A stretch of 64,000 nucleotides of DNA from Thermoplasmatales archaeon. Its GTDB lineage: Archaea; Thermoplasmatota; Thermoplasmata; Thermoplasmatales; GCA-001856825. Under the pieces are notes generated by a model. The model was not told the DNA's origin. It was given only the letters and a program-made list of their open reading frames with translations, and did no database searches. Below are positions 56,442-64,000 of the stretch, piece by piece. Within the stretch, counting starts at the first letter, position 1. Every line of letters starts with the position of its first letter. The stretch lies in assembly GCA_026127935.1 (NCBI GenBank), contig JAJSLL010000002.1:30645-94644 (forward strand), given 5' to 3'. The translations under genes were made by a program, and so were the position numbers.

Positions 56442-58645
56442 TAAGATCCCCCCGGCACGAGTGTGATTGTATCCATAGTTTCATTGGAAGGAATGGAAGT
56501 TGGTGTAGGATAGTAAAGCAGAGGCAAATATGTGCCATTTATCCAGTCATTAACATAGTTCGCATAGAGGGGACTGGCTGGATCTTCGCTCTCTCCTCCA
56601 GGATAGATTCCAAAGGAACGAGATACATTGGACATATTGACCACCATTTCCCAACTCTGGCCTCCTGTAGGGTAATTGTTCGGGCCAACACCAGAAGCGT
56701 CGTTAGGAGTGTTGAAGTCCCCTCCTTTTGAAAACGGTCCAACGTTAAACTCACTCAATCCGAATAGATTAGGGAATAAGAATCCATAGAATTTTCCCCA
56801 TGAGTAGTTGCCGGATGGATACTTCTGGTCAAGGTAACTCATTGCTTGTACTACTGCCTCTGTAACTAGGTTCTTCATACTGACGTTGGAGAAGGGAGAA
56901 GCGTTTCCCGTTAGGATTGCGTTTAGCAAGTCTATCTCCATAGAAGCCGAGCCTGCGGTATTGGGATAGCTCCCTCCCATTCCTGAAGGGGTTCCTAAGG
57001 TAGCATTAAATTCCGGCAGTATGCCGTATTGTTCAAGGAAAGGAAGAAACGTATCATTGAAGAGATACATATAACTGAAGAACCAGACGGATGCTGCAAG
57101 GGAATCCCCACTCATGTTGTAATTCCATGTCGACAGCAGAGAATATGCTCTCTCCACAGATGCATTGGTATTACCCTGAAGGTAACTTAGGATATGGGGA
57201 ACGGCTGCCTGTGCCTCGTAGTCTGTATAGTTGGTTCCCTGGAAATTCACAATATTTGTTTCAGAAACCATCGAGTGGTTTAGAAGATAGTTTACCTCCA
57301 TCTGCGCCCTAAACCCATCGGAAAAGCTTTCCGTTGTCCCAAACCAGTATGGATATCCCGTACCCACTTGCCTTTGGTTAGAACTGACAATGAACCCCTG
57401 GGAGGGGTTCACGACCTGAGGAACCTTGTTGTAGGGGATAGACCCGGAAATGTACTCAGTTCCATTCCCAGGCATTATTGATGAAGGATTGTAAGCTGTC
57501 CCTCCAAAGATCGGATAATAAGAAGGTGAAATGTCTGCTATCACGGACTTGTTCGCGAAAGCGAAATTTTGGTAAGGTGCAACCCAAGACGATAAGTCAC
57601 TTCTAAACTGAGTCCAGTTAGCTGCAGTGTTGATTTGGAGAAGGGTTCCAATCTCGTCGCTGACCATATTGCCTACCCAATCCATGACGAGTGCGGTGTC
57701 CCCTTGTTGGGCCATAATAGGTCCAAAGTTAGTCCAGTTCTCATCAAATCCGTTGATCTTGTACGACTTCAATGGATAAGCTGTGCCATTCCAGATGTAA
57801 GAGTCTCCTTGCAACTGCTGAACAAAGAAGAAAGTACCCGAAGATATTGCCTGTGTGTCGGTAAGGGTCCACGCAATGTTTTGATTGAAACCGATTATTA
57901 TAGCTGGGGCACCTGGCAGGACAACTCCATAAACGTCCAACCCTGGCCCAACCAGCTGAACTTGAAACCATATTGCAGGAAGCGAGAATCCCAGGACAGG
58001 TCCTCCCATGAGCAGAGGAGACCCCGTTGTCGTCCTATTCCCCGCAACTACTATCTCATTGCTGTGATCGCTCGTGCTGAAGTTGAAATAGGTTGGAGGA
58101 TCGTACTTGAATTGTTGAAGCAAGTTTTTTGCAAGAGAGAGGACTGTGGAATTAATTGGATATGTGTTGTGTGACAGGCTCAGAACTGAATGATTTGTCG
58201 AGCCTCCGTAACCTCCATAGTAATAGTTTTGAACGGGGGAAAAGGTTGGGATCAAATCGTAAGTCAAATTTCCTAAAGTGCTGTAAAGAACAGCAAATTG
58301 AAGGGAATCGGAGCCAAATTCCAATTGCTGTGTCAGTAATTCCTGAACAGCGTACGAATATACAGGAGTCCAGTAATACGGCTTAACTCCTAATAACTTA
58401 AACAAAACCGGAACCGTGTGATGAGATTCCGAATAGTTTATGGATGCATTTATTCCACTCGAGTAGGATTGCATAGCTTCTTCCGTCAAAAGATCCGTTG
58501 CATTTACGGACGCATTGTTTACTACGCTATTCCAGTCTTTCTGGGCAGTTATAGGTGCACCAGTTAGGGTCTGGAATTTATCGTAGTTGTAGTACGAGCT
58601 CCCAAAGATCGACTGCATTTGACCCATACCTTCAAGACCAAACAC
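56441..58645 (-). CDS. Penicillin acylase / peptidase S45 family (body)
   Basis: 734 aa. Upstream in the same frame, '..DSYGVYHIYASSTKDLYYALGFTQAKERLEEIEVFGLEG' matches the 'rD..GvphI.a....D...alGy.hAqDRl.qm' block. Extracellular-type composition with many sequons. Confidence 0.85.
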   Translation of the reverse strand: MFGLEGMGQMQSIFGSSYYNYDKFQTLTGAPITAQKDWNSVVNNASVNATDLLTEEAMQSYSSGINASINYSESHHTVPVLFKLLGVKPYYWTPVYSYAVQELLTQQLEFGSDSLQFAVLYSTLGNLTYDLIPTFSPVQNYYYGGYGGSTNHSVLSLSHNTYPINSTVLSLAKNLLQQFKYDPPTYFNFSTSDHSNEIVVAGNRTTTGSPLLMGGPVLGFSLPAIWFQVQLVGPGLDVYGVVLPGAPAIIIGFNQNIAWTLTDTQAISSGTFFFVQQLQGDSYIWNGTAYPLKSYKINGFDENWTNFGPIMAQQGDTALVMDWVGNMVSDEIGTLLQINTAANWTQFRSDLSSWVAPYQNFAFANKSVIADISPSYYPIFGGTAYNPSSIMPGNGTEYISGSIPYNKVPQVVNPSQGFIVSSNQRQVGTGYPYWFGTTESFSDGFRAQMEVNYLLNHSMVSETNIVNFQGTNYTDYEAQAAVPHILSYLQGNTNASVERAYSLLSTWNYNMSGDSLAASVWFFSYMYLFNDTFLPFLEQYGILPEFNATLGTPSGMGGSYPNTAGSASMEIDLLNAILTGNASPFSNVSMKNLVTEAVVQAMSYLDQKYPSGNYSWGKFYGFLFPNLFGLSEFNVGPFSKGGDFNTPNDASGVGPNNYPTGGQSWEMVVNMSNVSRSFGIYPGGESEDPASPLYANYVNDWINGTYLPLLYYPTPTSIPSNETMDTITLVPGGS

Positions 58646-58744
58646 CTCGATCTCCTCAAGTCTCTCTTTTGCTTGGGTGAACCCGAGCGCATAGTATAAG
58701 TCCTTTGTGCTTGATGCGTATATGTGATAAACACCATAACTGTC

Positions 58745-58942
58745 CTAGACTACCACCACCTTGCCAGTAATACCTGGTAATGATATTGACTCATTGCCTA
58801 TCACCAGGTTTCTAGTATTTTGAATTACTCCCGTTGACGGGTTCAGTATGGAAATCAGAGGGGAGAAAGAACCTAAGACAACTATAATTACTACAATCAA
58901 GACTCCGACTATAGGAGCTATTAATGCTCTCTTTCTCATCAA
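58745..58942 (-). pseudogene. N-terminal signal-anchor fragment of the same acylase, separated from the body by a single in-frame TAG (58745-58747)
   Basis: 'MMRKRALIAPIVGVLIVVIIVVLG...GKVVVV*DSYGVYHIY'. 56441-58942 is 2502 nt (834 codons) in one frame. Confidence 0.7.
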
Positions 58943-58996
58943 AAAACATTGATTTTCGCATATATAACTATTCTTAGCTTTAACAAGTATCTTCTA

Positions 58997-59078
58997 GAAG
59001 ATCTTGAAAGGCAAAGTGAACATCATGGAAACAAGAAACAATTTGACCTATTGGAACGCGAGGAGGGGGAATCGAACC
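58997..59078. repeat. Direct repeat copy 1 (homologous to 60846-60927); contains a copy of the last 22 nt of tRNA-Ser
   Basis: 'ATGGAAACAAGAAACAATTTGACCTATTGGAACGCGAGGAGGGGGAATCGAACC' compares with 'ATGAGAACAAGAAACAATTTGACCTATTGGAACGCGGGGAGGGGGAATCGAACC'. The offset is 1849 bp. Confidence 0.85.
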
Positions 59079-59495
59079 AATACCTTTTCCCCTAAGATCT
59101 CTTCGATATTATGGGATGCAAACTGCCAACCACATTCTGGGAATAATACTGTTCCAGTAGAATGAGGGAGCAGGCCACTGAACTCTAACGGGATGATTAA
59201 GAGGTCCAGTAGTACTAACAGTTTCTCAGAAATGAGTTCGTTATATGGCCGGCAACAGCCAATAAAGTTGAGAGAAGCTAGATCAACAGACCCTCCGTTC
59301 GTATGCTCAATTTTGACCTACGGATGGAATGATTTCTATTTCCAAATTTCAGCATTATAGACACGCTGGAAACTATGCTCAACTTGGAGATACTGTGAAA
59401 TATTCAATCCTAGGAGAGGAGCTGGTTATATTAATTTCTTCCTTATAAAGGAAATATTTACATATATTTACTTCATGACAATATAAGATATATAT

Positions 59496-60755
59496 ATGGA
59501 ACGGAGCGAGATAATAGATTATTTCAACGAATACAGGGGCTTTGTACCAAAGGTGATAGATAGAGAACTGAACGTCCCCCTGGATGGTCACTTCATAATA
59601 TCACTCATTGGCCCTAGAAGAGCGGGCAAAACATACTATTTTTTTCAGATATCGAAAATGCTGGAGAGGAGCATATACCTGAACTTCGAGGATTCAAGGC
59701 TGAGAGGAGTCACTTACAAAGAGATAAGGGAAGTTATACGCCTTTACATAGAACTCTACGGCATCAATCCGGAATCAATATTGCTCGATGAGGTGCAGAA
59801 CATAGAAGGTTGGGAGGTCGTCGTCAGGGAGCTCCATGACCTTAAGAAATACAGATTGTTTATAACCGGCTCATCGTCAAAGCTTCTCTCTGGAGAAATT
59901 GCTACGCAGCTCAGGGGTAGGACACTTTCCTACACGTTGCTACCATTCAGTTTTAGGGAATTTCTAAACTTAAAGGGAATCCAGACTGAAAACATCTCTA
60001 AGGATTACGAGGCAAGAATAAAGAATCTGCTCTTTGAATACATGGATTATGGGGGCTTCCCCGAGGTCGTCTTGAACAGTGACAAGATAAAGATCTTGAA
60101 GGAGTACTCTGACCTGATTCTTTTCAGGGATTTCATAGAAAGGCACAGTATAAAGAATATCGGGCTCGCAAGGTACATACACGAGAGCATAATGCAGAAT
60201 TTTTCAAAGGAGATTTCATCAAATTCGATATTCAGGAAGGCAAAGTCGGCTGGAATACGCATCTCCAACAATACTGTCTACGACTATCTGGAAAAGCTTA
60301 ATGATACAGTAATCTTCTTCTTTCTTGAAAGGTATTCCAGGAAAGCTCACGAGCGAGCGTCATGGCCAAAAAAAATTTACCTCGCAGACACAGGACTTTC
60401 GAAGACTGTGAGGTTTGCAGAAGATATAGGTAAGATTGTTGAGAATGTAGCTTTTCTAGAGATTGTGAGGTCCAAGAACAAAAGTCCACTGCTTGAAATG
60501 TACTATCTGAAGGTCGCAAATGGCGAGGTTGACTTTCTGCTGAAAGAGGGTAATAAGATAAAGGAACTCATACAGGTCACATACGAGATAAACGACGGTA
60601 ATTTTCACAGGGAAGTCGGACCACTTGTCGAGGCATCATTATCTTTGAACTGCGATAATCTCACATTGTTGACCTGGGATAGCGAAGGGGTGATAGAGTA
60701 TCAGGGTAAGAAGATAGAGAAGATCCCCTTGTGGAAGTGGTTGTTAAGGACATAA
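59496..60755 (+). CDS. AAA-type ATPase of the COG1373 family (AAA_14 plus DUF4143)
   Basis: 419 aa with 'LIGPRRAGKTY' (Walker A), 'ILLDEVQ' (Walker B) and 'ITGSSS'. The C-terminal DUF4143-like region includes 'EVDFLL'. Confidence 0.8.
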   Translation: MERSEIIDYFNEYRGFVPKVIDRELNVPLDGHFIISLIGPRRAGKTYYFFQISKMLERSIYLNFEDSRLRGVTYKEIREVIRLYIELYGINPESILLDEVQNIEGWEVVVRELHDLKKYRLFITGSSSKLLSGEIATQLRGRTLSYTLLPFSFREFLNLKGIQTENISKDYEARIKNLLFEYMDYGGFPEVVLNSDKIKILKEYSDLILFRDFIERHSIKNIGLARYIHESIMQNFSKEISSNSIFRKAKSAGIRISNNTVYDYLEKLNDTVIFFFLERYSRKAHERASWPKKIYLADTGLSKTVRFAEDIGKIVENVAFLEIVRSKNKSPLLEMYYLKVANGEVDFLLKEGNKIKELIQVTYEINDGNFHREVGPLVEASLSLNCDNLTLLTWDSEGVIEYQGKKIEKIPLWKWLLRT

Positions 60756-60845
60756 CTGTGATATTTCGTCTGTATTGCAATATGTGAAGTTGGGGGAGGA
60801 CATCGAAATGATAGCAAAATGGGAACTGTTTCGGCCGTTCTTAAA

Positions 60846-60927
60846 GAACTTTTTGAAAAGCATGGTGAAATGATATGAGAACAAGAAACAATTTGACCTA
60901 TTGGAACGCGGGGAGGGGGAATCGAAC
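60846..60927. repeat. Direct repeat copy 2, running into the 3' end of the intact tRNA-Ser
   Basis: See copy 1. Confidence 0.85.
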
Positions 60928-60985
60928 CCCCGATCCCATAGGGAATGGCTTAGCAGGCCATCGCCTTACCGCTCGGCTATCCCCG
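60906..60985 (-). tRNA. tRNA-Ser (GCU), long variable arm, no encoded CCA
   Basis: Reverse complement 'GCGGGGATAGCCGAGCGGTAAGGCGATGGCCTGCTAAGCCATTCCCTATGGGATCGGGGGTTCGATTCCCCCTCCCCGCG'. Anticodon stem ATGGC/GCCAT with loop CTGCTAA, T-arm GGGGG-TTCGATT-CCCCC. Confidence 0.9.
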
Positions 60986-61195
60986 CTGTATCTTACCGTA
61001 TTTATCAGACAGCTCAGTAGCTAGTTGTTCAAGAATTTCTTCCAAATCTTCACCTTCTAGAACCAATTCGTCTCCGTTCGAGTAAGAGATGACTACCCTG
61101 AATGACTCGCCATCGTGGTAAACATCGACCTCTCCAAGCTTCTGCATCACAATCAAACGTGATAAATGCTCTATATTAACATTTTCTGTTCTCAA
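60977..61195 (-). CDS. Small acidic hypothetical protein
   Basis: 72-aa ORF. Its last 9 nt overlap the 5' end of tRNA-Ser, which lowers confidence. Confidence 0.3.
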   Translation of the reverse strand: MRTENVNIEHLSRLIVMQKLGEVDVYHDGESFRVVISYSNGDELVLEGEDLEEILEQLATELSDKYGKIQRG

Positions 61196-61232
61196 TTAGC
61201 TCAAAACACTGCATGAATCTTTATTTATTGAA

Positions 61233-61775
61233 TTGAATTCATTGAGAGAAATGGAACGAACTGATGAGGAAGAGCGAAAGATAGTTTACACAGGTCTGGC
61301 GACATATGCCAAAGATCCGTATGTAAGCGAGTCGTTCGCTGATCTCCTGAAAGTTCTTGAGTCTGAGAAGAGGGATGGACTGGTGAATGTAGTCATAGCT
61401 GATAGGGAAGTGGGCACCCTGCGGATTGAAGCAGGCAAGATATTTTTGAACGAGATAGTGGATCAGACGCCTCAAGAACTGGGATTGCTGAAGAAGTATC
61501 CGGTTTATGGAAGAATCGCCATGAAATCCTTGATGGAGAAGTACATTGATACCGTCGCCAACGATGCAATTGAGGATACTGCTTTCCTCGATGGTATAAG
61601 GAGCGACCCAGACAACAGAAAGGTAGACGAACAGAGCTTCATCCTCCTCCTGTGGGATAGATACTGGAACGTGTTTTCTAGATTCAAGGGCGATTCTAAA
61701 GACGGAATCTACATTGTATCCGAAAGAAATATCTGGGATGAGGGAGACACGAATTCTTTCAACGAACCAAGTTAG
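61233..61775 (+). CDS. Hypothetical protein
   Basis: 180-aa ORF with coding-like composition. I recognise no family. Confidence 0.5.
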   Translation: MNSLREMERTDEEERKIVYTGLATYAKDPYVSESFADLLKVLESEKRDGLVNVVIADREVGTLRIEAGKIFLNEIVDQTPQELGLLKKYPVYGRIAMKSLMEKYIDTVANDAIEDTAFLDGIRSDPDNRKVDEQSFILLLWDRYWNVFSRFKGDSKDGIYIVSERNIWDEGDTNSFNEPS

Positions 61776-63034
61776 TCTTTACCCCTGACCAGTTTCAGCA
61801 TTTCGGCGGCTACGTCTGCTCTTATTTTCCTTTCCTTCACCATCATTTCTGCCACTCTGTCAATTTCAGTTCCTTTTGCCCCAGCGGATACTGCAACATT
61901 CCTCGCATGAAGTTCCATGTGCCCTTTCTGGATTCCTTCCATTGCAAGCGCTCTGATTGCTCCAAAATTTTGGGCAAGTCCAACTGATGCTAGAACATTC
62001 GCAAATTCCTTTGCTGATCCTATCCCCAGTATCTTCCTCATAAGTTTGGCTTTAGGATGGGTGGCCGTTGCCCCTCCAACAATACCTACAGCAAGAGGTA
62101 GTTCAAGGTACCCCGTCAAGTCCCCTTCATCATTTATTTCCCACCTGCTAAGAGAAGTGTATCCGTTGATGGCTGCGTACGAGTGAGCTCCGGCCTCAAT
62201 GGCCCTCCAATCGTTTGCTGTAGCCAAGAGGACAGCGTCAATTCCATTCATGATTCCTTTGTTGTGAGTGGTCGCCCTGTAGGAGTCATCTCTCGCGAAC
62301 TTGTATGCCTCCACTATACCTTCAACTGCTTCATCCCCGCCAATTGTCTTCTTGTCGAATACGGCATAAGAACTTGTCATCCTGTACGTCGCAAGATTGC
62401 TAAGAATCCTCAGCCTGACCTTACCCCCTGAAATCTCAGAAATGTGCGGGGCGAGGTATTCTGCCATGGTATTCACTGCATTTGCTCCCATTGCGTCTCT
62501 GACATCAACGAGAAGATGAACAACCACCATTGGTTCTTTCTCATCGATGACTCTCACTTCTATGTCCTTGGCTCCTCCTCCGAACTTTACAAGTACGGGA
62601 TCCTGTGTGTTAGCCATTTCTAGAAGTTCATTCTTTTTTTCCAGTATCCTGAATTTAGCCCCGAACGGATCTGGTACTCCCGTGAGTTCAATCTGCCCTA
62701 TCATAATCGGTTCTGTGGACACGGACCTGAACCCTCCCTTGACTCTCGCCATCCTGGCAGCATTCGAGGCGGCGGCAACTACACTTGGCTCCTCGATTGC
62801 CATGGGCACTAGGTAGTCCTTCCCATTTACAAGAAAATTTACTGCGATACCAACAGGGACTTCCATAACAGAAACAACGTTCTCTATCATGTGGTCTGCA
62901 GAACTTTCCCCGAGTCCTCCCATGTTCTTAAGAATGGACATCTCTTCGTCGTTTAGATTCCCCACCTTTTTCAAGATCTCTCTTCGCTCTTCCACTGACA
63001 GCTTATAGAATCCAGAAATGCTTGAACTGGGCAT
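61772..63034 (-). CDS. mvaA: HMG-CoA reductase, class II
   Basis: 'ENVVSVMEVPVGIAVNFLVNGKDYLVPMAIEEPSVVAAASNAARMA', 'DAMGANAVNTM' and 'ATHNKGIMNGIDAV' are class II hallmarks. The ATG at 63034 is preferred over the GTG at 63079. Confidence 0.9.
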   Translation of the reverse strand: MPSSSISGFYKLSVEERREILKKVGNLNDEEMSILKNMGGLGESSADHMIENVVSVMEVPVGIAVNFLVNGKDYLVPMAIEEPSVVAAASNAARMARVKGGFRSVSTEPIMIGQIELTGVPDPFGAKFRILEKKNELLEMANTQDPVLVKFGGGAKDIEVRVIDEKEPMVVVHLLVDVRDAMGANAVNTMAEYLAPHISEISGGKVRLRILSNLATYRMTSSYAVFDKKTIGGDEAVEGIVEAYKFARDDSYRATTHNKGIMNGIDAVLLATANDWRAIEAGAHSYAAINGYTSLSRWEINDEGDLTGYLELPLAVGIVGGATATHPKAKLMRKILGIGSAKEFANVLASVGLAQNFGAIRALAMEGIQKGHMELHARNVAVSAGAKGTEIDRVAEMMVKERKIRADVAAEMLKLVRGKD

Positions 63035-63086
63035 GGGAGATGATGGAGGGGGCAAATAAAGATTTATCTTTATTCTCACTTCAAAT

Positions 63087-63575
63087 TTGATGGTTAGGAA
63101 CCAGCCACTGATCCTTTACAAGAACGAGGATGATCCGAAGAAGTGCACTGCTAGAAAACTCAAGAGGTTCGGACTTGCAACCTTCATCAGCAGGATCCCG
63201 TCAAACAGCATCATACTCTATTCTGATGCGCAGTTGAGGCTATCACCGGAAGATTCACATCACCAGCACCTTGTTGCTATAGACGTGTCATGGGAGAATG
63301 TGGATAACTACCACTTCGACCGATATTCGGTGAGATCGCTGCCTTTCTTGCTCGCTGCAAATCCTGTGAACTATGGAAAGCCGTACAAGCTGTCAACTGT
63401 TGAGGCGATATCGGCTTCGTACTACATACTTGGAAAGAGGGACGTGGCACTCAAGCTGTTGGAGAAGTTCTCGTGGGGGATCCAATTCATAAATTTGAAT
63501 GGGAACCCACTCGACGATTATTCAAAGGCAAAGAATTCTAATGAAATAATTGAAATTGAAAAACAGTACTTCTAA
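63087..63575 (+). CDS. tsr3: 16S rRNA aminocarboxypropyltransferase Tsr3
   Basis: 'DDPKKCTARKLKRFGL', 'IDVSW' and 'LPFLLAANPVNYGKPYKLSTVEAISASYYILG'. Confidence 0.85.
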   Translation: MMVRNQPLILYKNEDDPKKCTARKLKRFGLATFISRIPSNSIILYSDAQLRLSPEDSHHQHLVAIDVSWENVDNYHFDRYSVRSLPFLLAANPVNYGKPYKLSTVEAISASYYILGKRDVALKLLEKFSWGIQFINLNGNPLDDYSKAKNSNEIIEIEKQYF

Positions 63576-64000
63576 GTCCACTCACCATTCTCGAGGTGAG
63601 TAGTTCCCTTGGTATACTCCTTGAGGATTGCCATTACCTTATCCCGCCACATTCCGTCTATCAACTGACTGTCGCTGAACTCAGGGTCTTCGTGTATTTT
63701 TTCCACGTGTTCTTTATAAGTCCCCTTTGATCCCTTGGATATTAAATATCTTGCATGCTGTATCTCATCCTCGTCCAACCTGAATTTCCTCTCCAGGTAG
63801 GTGTTGGAAAAATCAAGTATGTCCTGTTCCCTGTAGTTGATGATTCTTGGATCGAGCGAGCTTGCGCTGAGAAACAGGAGAATTCCGTCACATTTGGTGC
63901 ACCTACCGCACGGAACTATCTGCCCTCCCTCGTCGTGGCAGCTATGACAAGACCTTTGCAACTTCGCCAGTTCCGGATAACGGTTGAATAATATTCTCTC
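63572..64000 (-). CDS. Cys-cluster protein, 5'-partial (continues beyond the window end)
   Basis: The frame is open to nt 64000. 'CHSCHDEGGQIVPCGRCTKC' is reminiscent of the C-terminal Zn site of PP-loop/QueC-like ATPases, but the family was not identified. Confidence 0.4.
   Translation of the reverse strand, partial: ERILFNRYPELAKLQRSCHSCHDEGGQIVPCGRCTKCDGILLFLSASSLDPRIINYREQDILDFSNTYLERKFRLDEDEIQHARYLISKGSKGTYKEHVEKIHEDPEFSDSQLIDGMWRDKVMAILKEYTKGTTHLENGEWT

Noticed and set aside
58745-58747. The in-frame TAG in the acylase as a pyrrolysine codon (some Thermoplasmata use Pyl).
   Set aside because: TAG is used as an ordinary stop by several genes here (for example the CBS protein at 2192-2194 and the prenyltransferase fusion at 11193-11195). 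There are no pyl genes or methylamine methyltransferases in the window. Pseudogene or sequencing error is more parsimonious.
60977-61195. Treating the 72-aa acidic ORF and the divergent 180-aa ORF (61233-61775) as a toxin-antitoxin-like pair next to the tRNA-Ser insertion.
   Set aside because: The genes are divergent rather than co-transcribed. There is no recognisable toxin or antitoxin fold, and the small ORF overlaps the tRNA 5' end. The evidence is insufficient.

Overview
Compact archaeal chromosome segment, roughly 40% GC by eye. The gene set points to an acidophilic Thermoplasmatales-type heterotroph: ThrRS with the archaeal N-terminal editing domain, Tsr3, bifunctional PGI/PMI, class II HMG-CoA reductase, tRNAs without encoded CCA, and TATA-like boxes about 25 nt upstream of apparently leaderless starts.

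Housekeeping and metabolic content:
- nnr, a CBS protein, tldD and pmbA form one cluster.
- Fe/Mn SOD, two acyl-CoA dehydrogenases and an acyl-CoA synthetase.
- Quinone-related genes: an MqnA/D-like protein, a PNPOx-UbiA fusion, UbiD and YceI.
- argG-argH, thrS, mscL, HMG-CoA reductase and tsr3.
- A tight 4-gene homogentisate (tyrosine catabolism) operon.

About one third of the window (roughly 12.8-34.6 kb and 59-61 kb) is accessory or decayed:
- Remnants of three IS families (IS66-like, IS256-like, IS630-like).
- At least nine pseudogenes: tyrA, pheA, an extradiol dioxygenase, an SDR, a methyltransferase, an S51 peptidase, a penicillin acylase with an in-frame TAG, and the transposases.
- Two tRNA genes (Gln-UUG, Ser-GCU) whose 3' ends plus downstream flanks are duplicated as direct repeats around inserted DNA.

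The most interesting items:
1. A four-CBS protein whose C-terminus looks like a bacterial HPF/RaiA ribosome-hibernation domain.
2. A ~7 kb cell-envelope gene island bracketed by repeats containing the tRNA-Gln 3' end, together with a dispersed 22-nt palindromic motif.
3. A 1.8 kb single-gene insertion (COG1373/DUF4143 ATPase) bracketed by tRNA-Ser-derived repeats.

No CRISPR array, rRNA or recognisable integrase gene was seen. All homology calls are by eye from motifs; no database search was possible.
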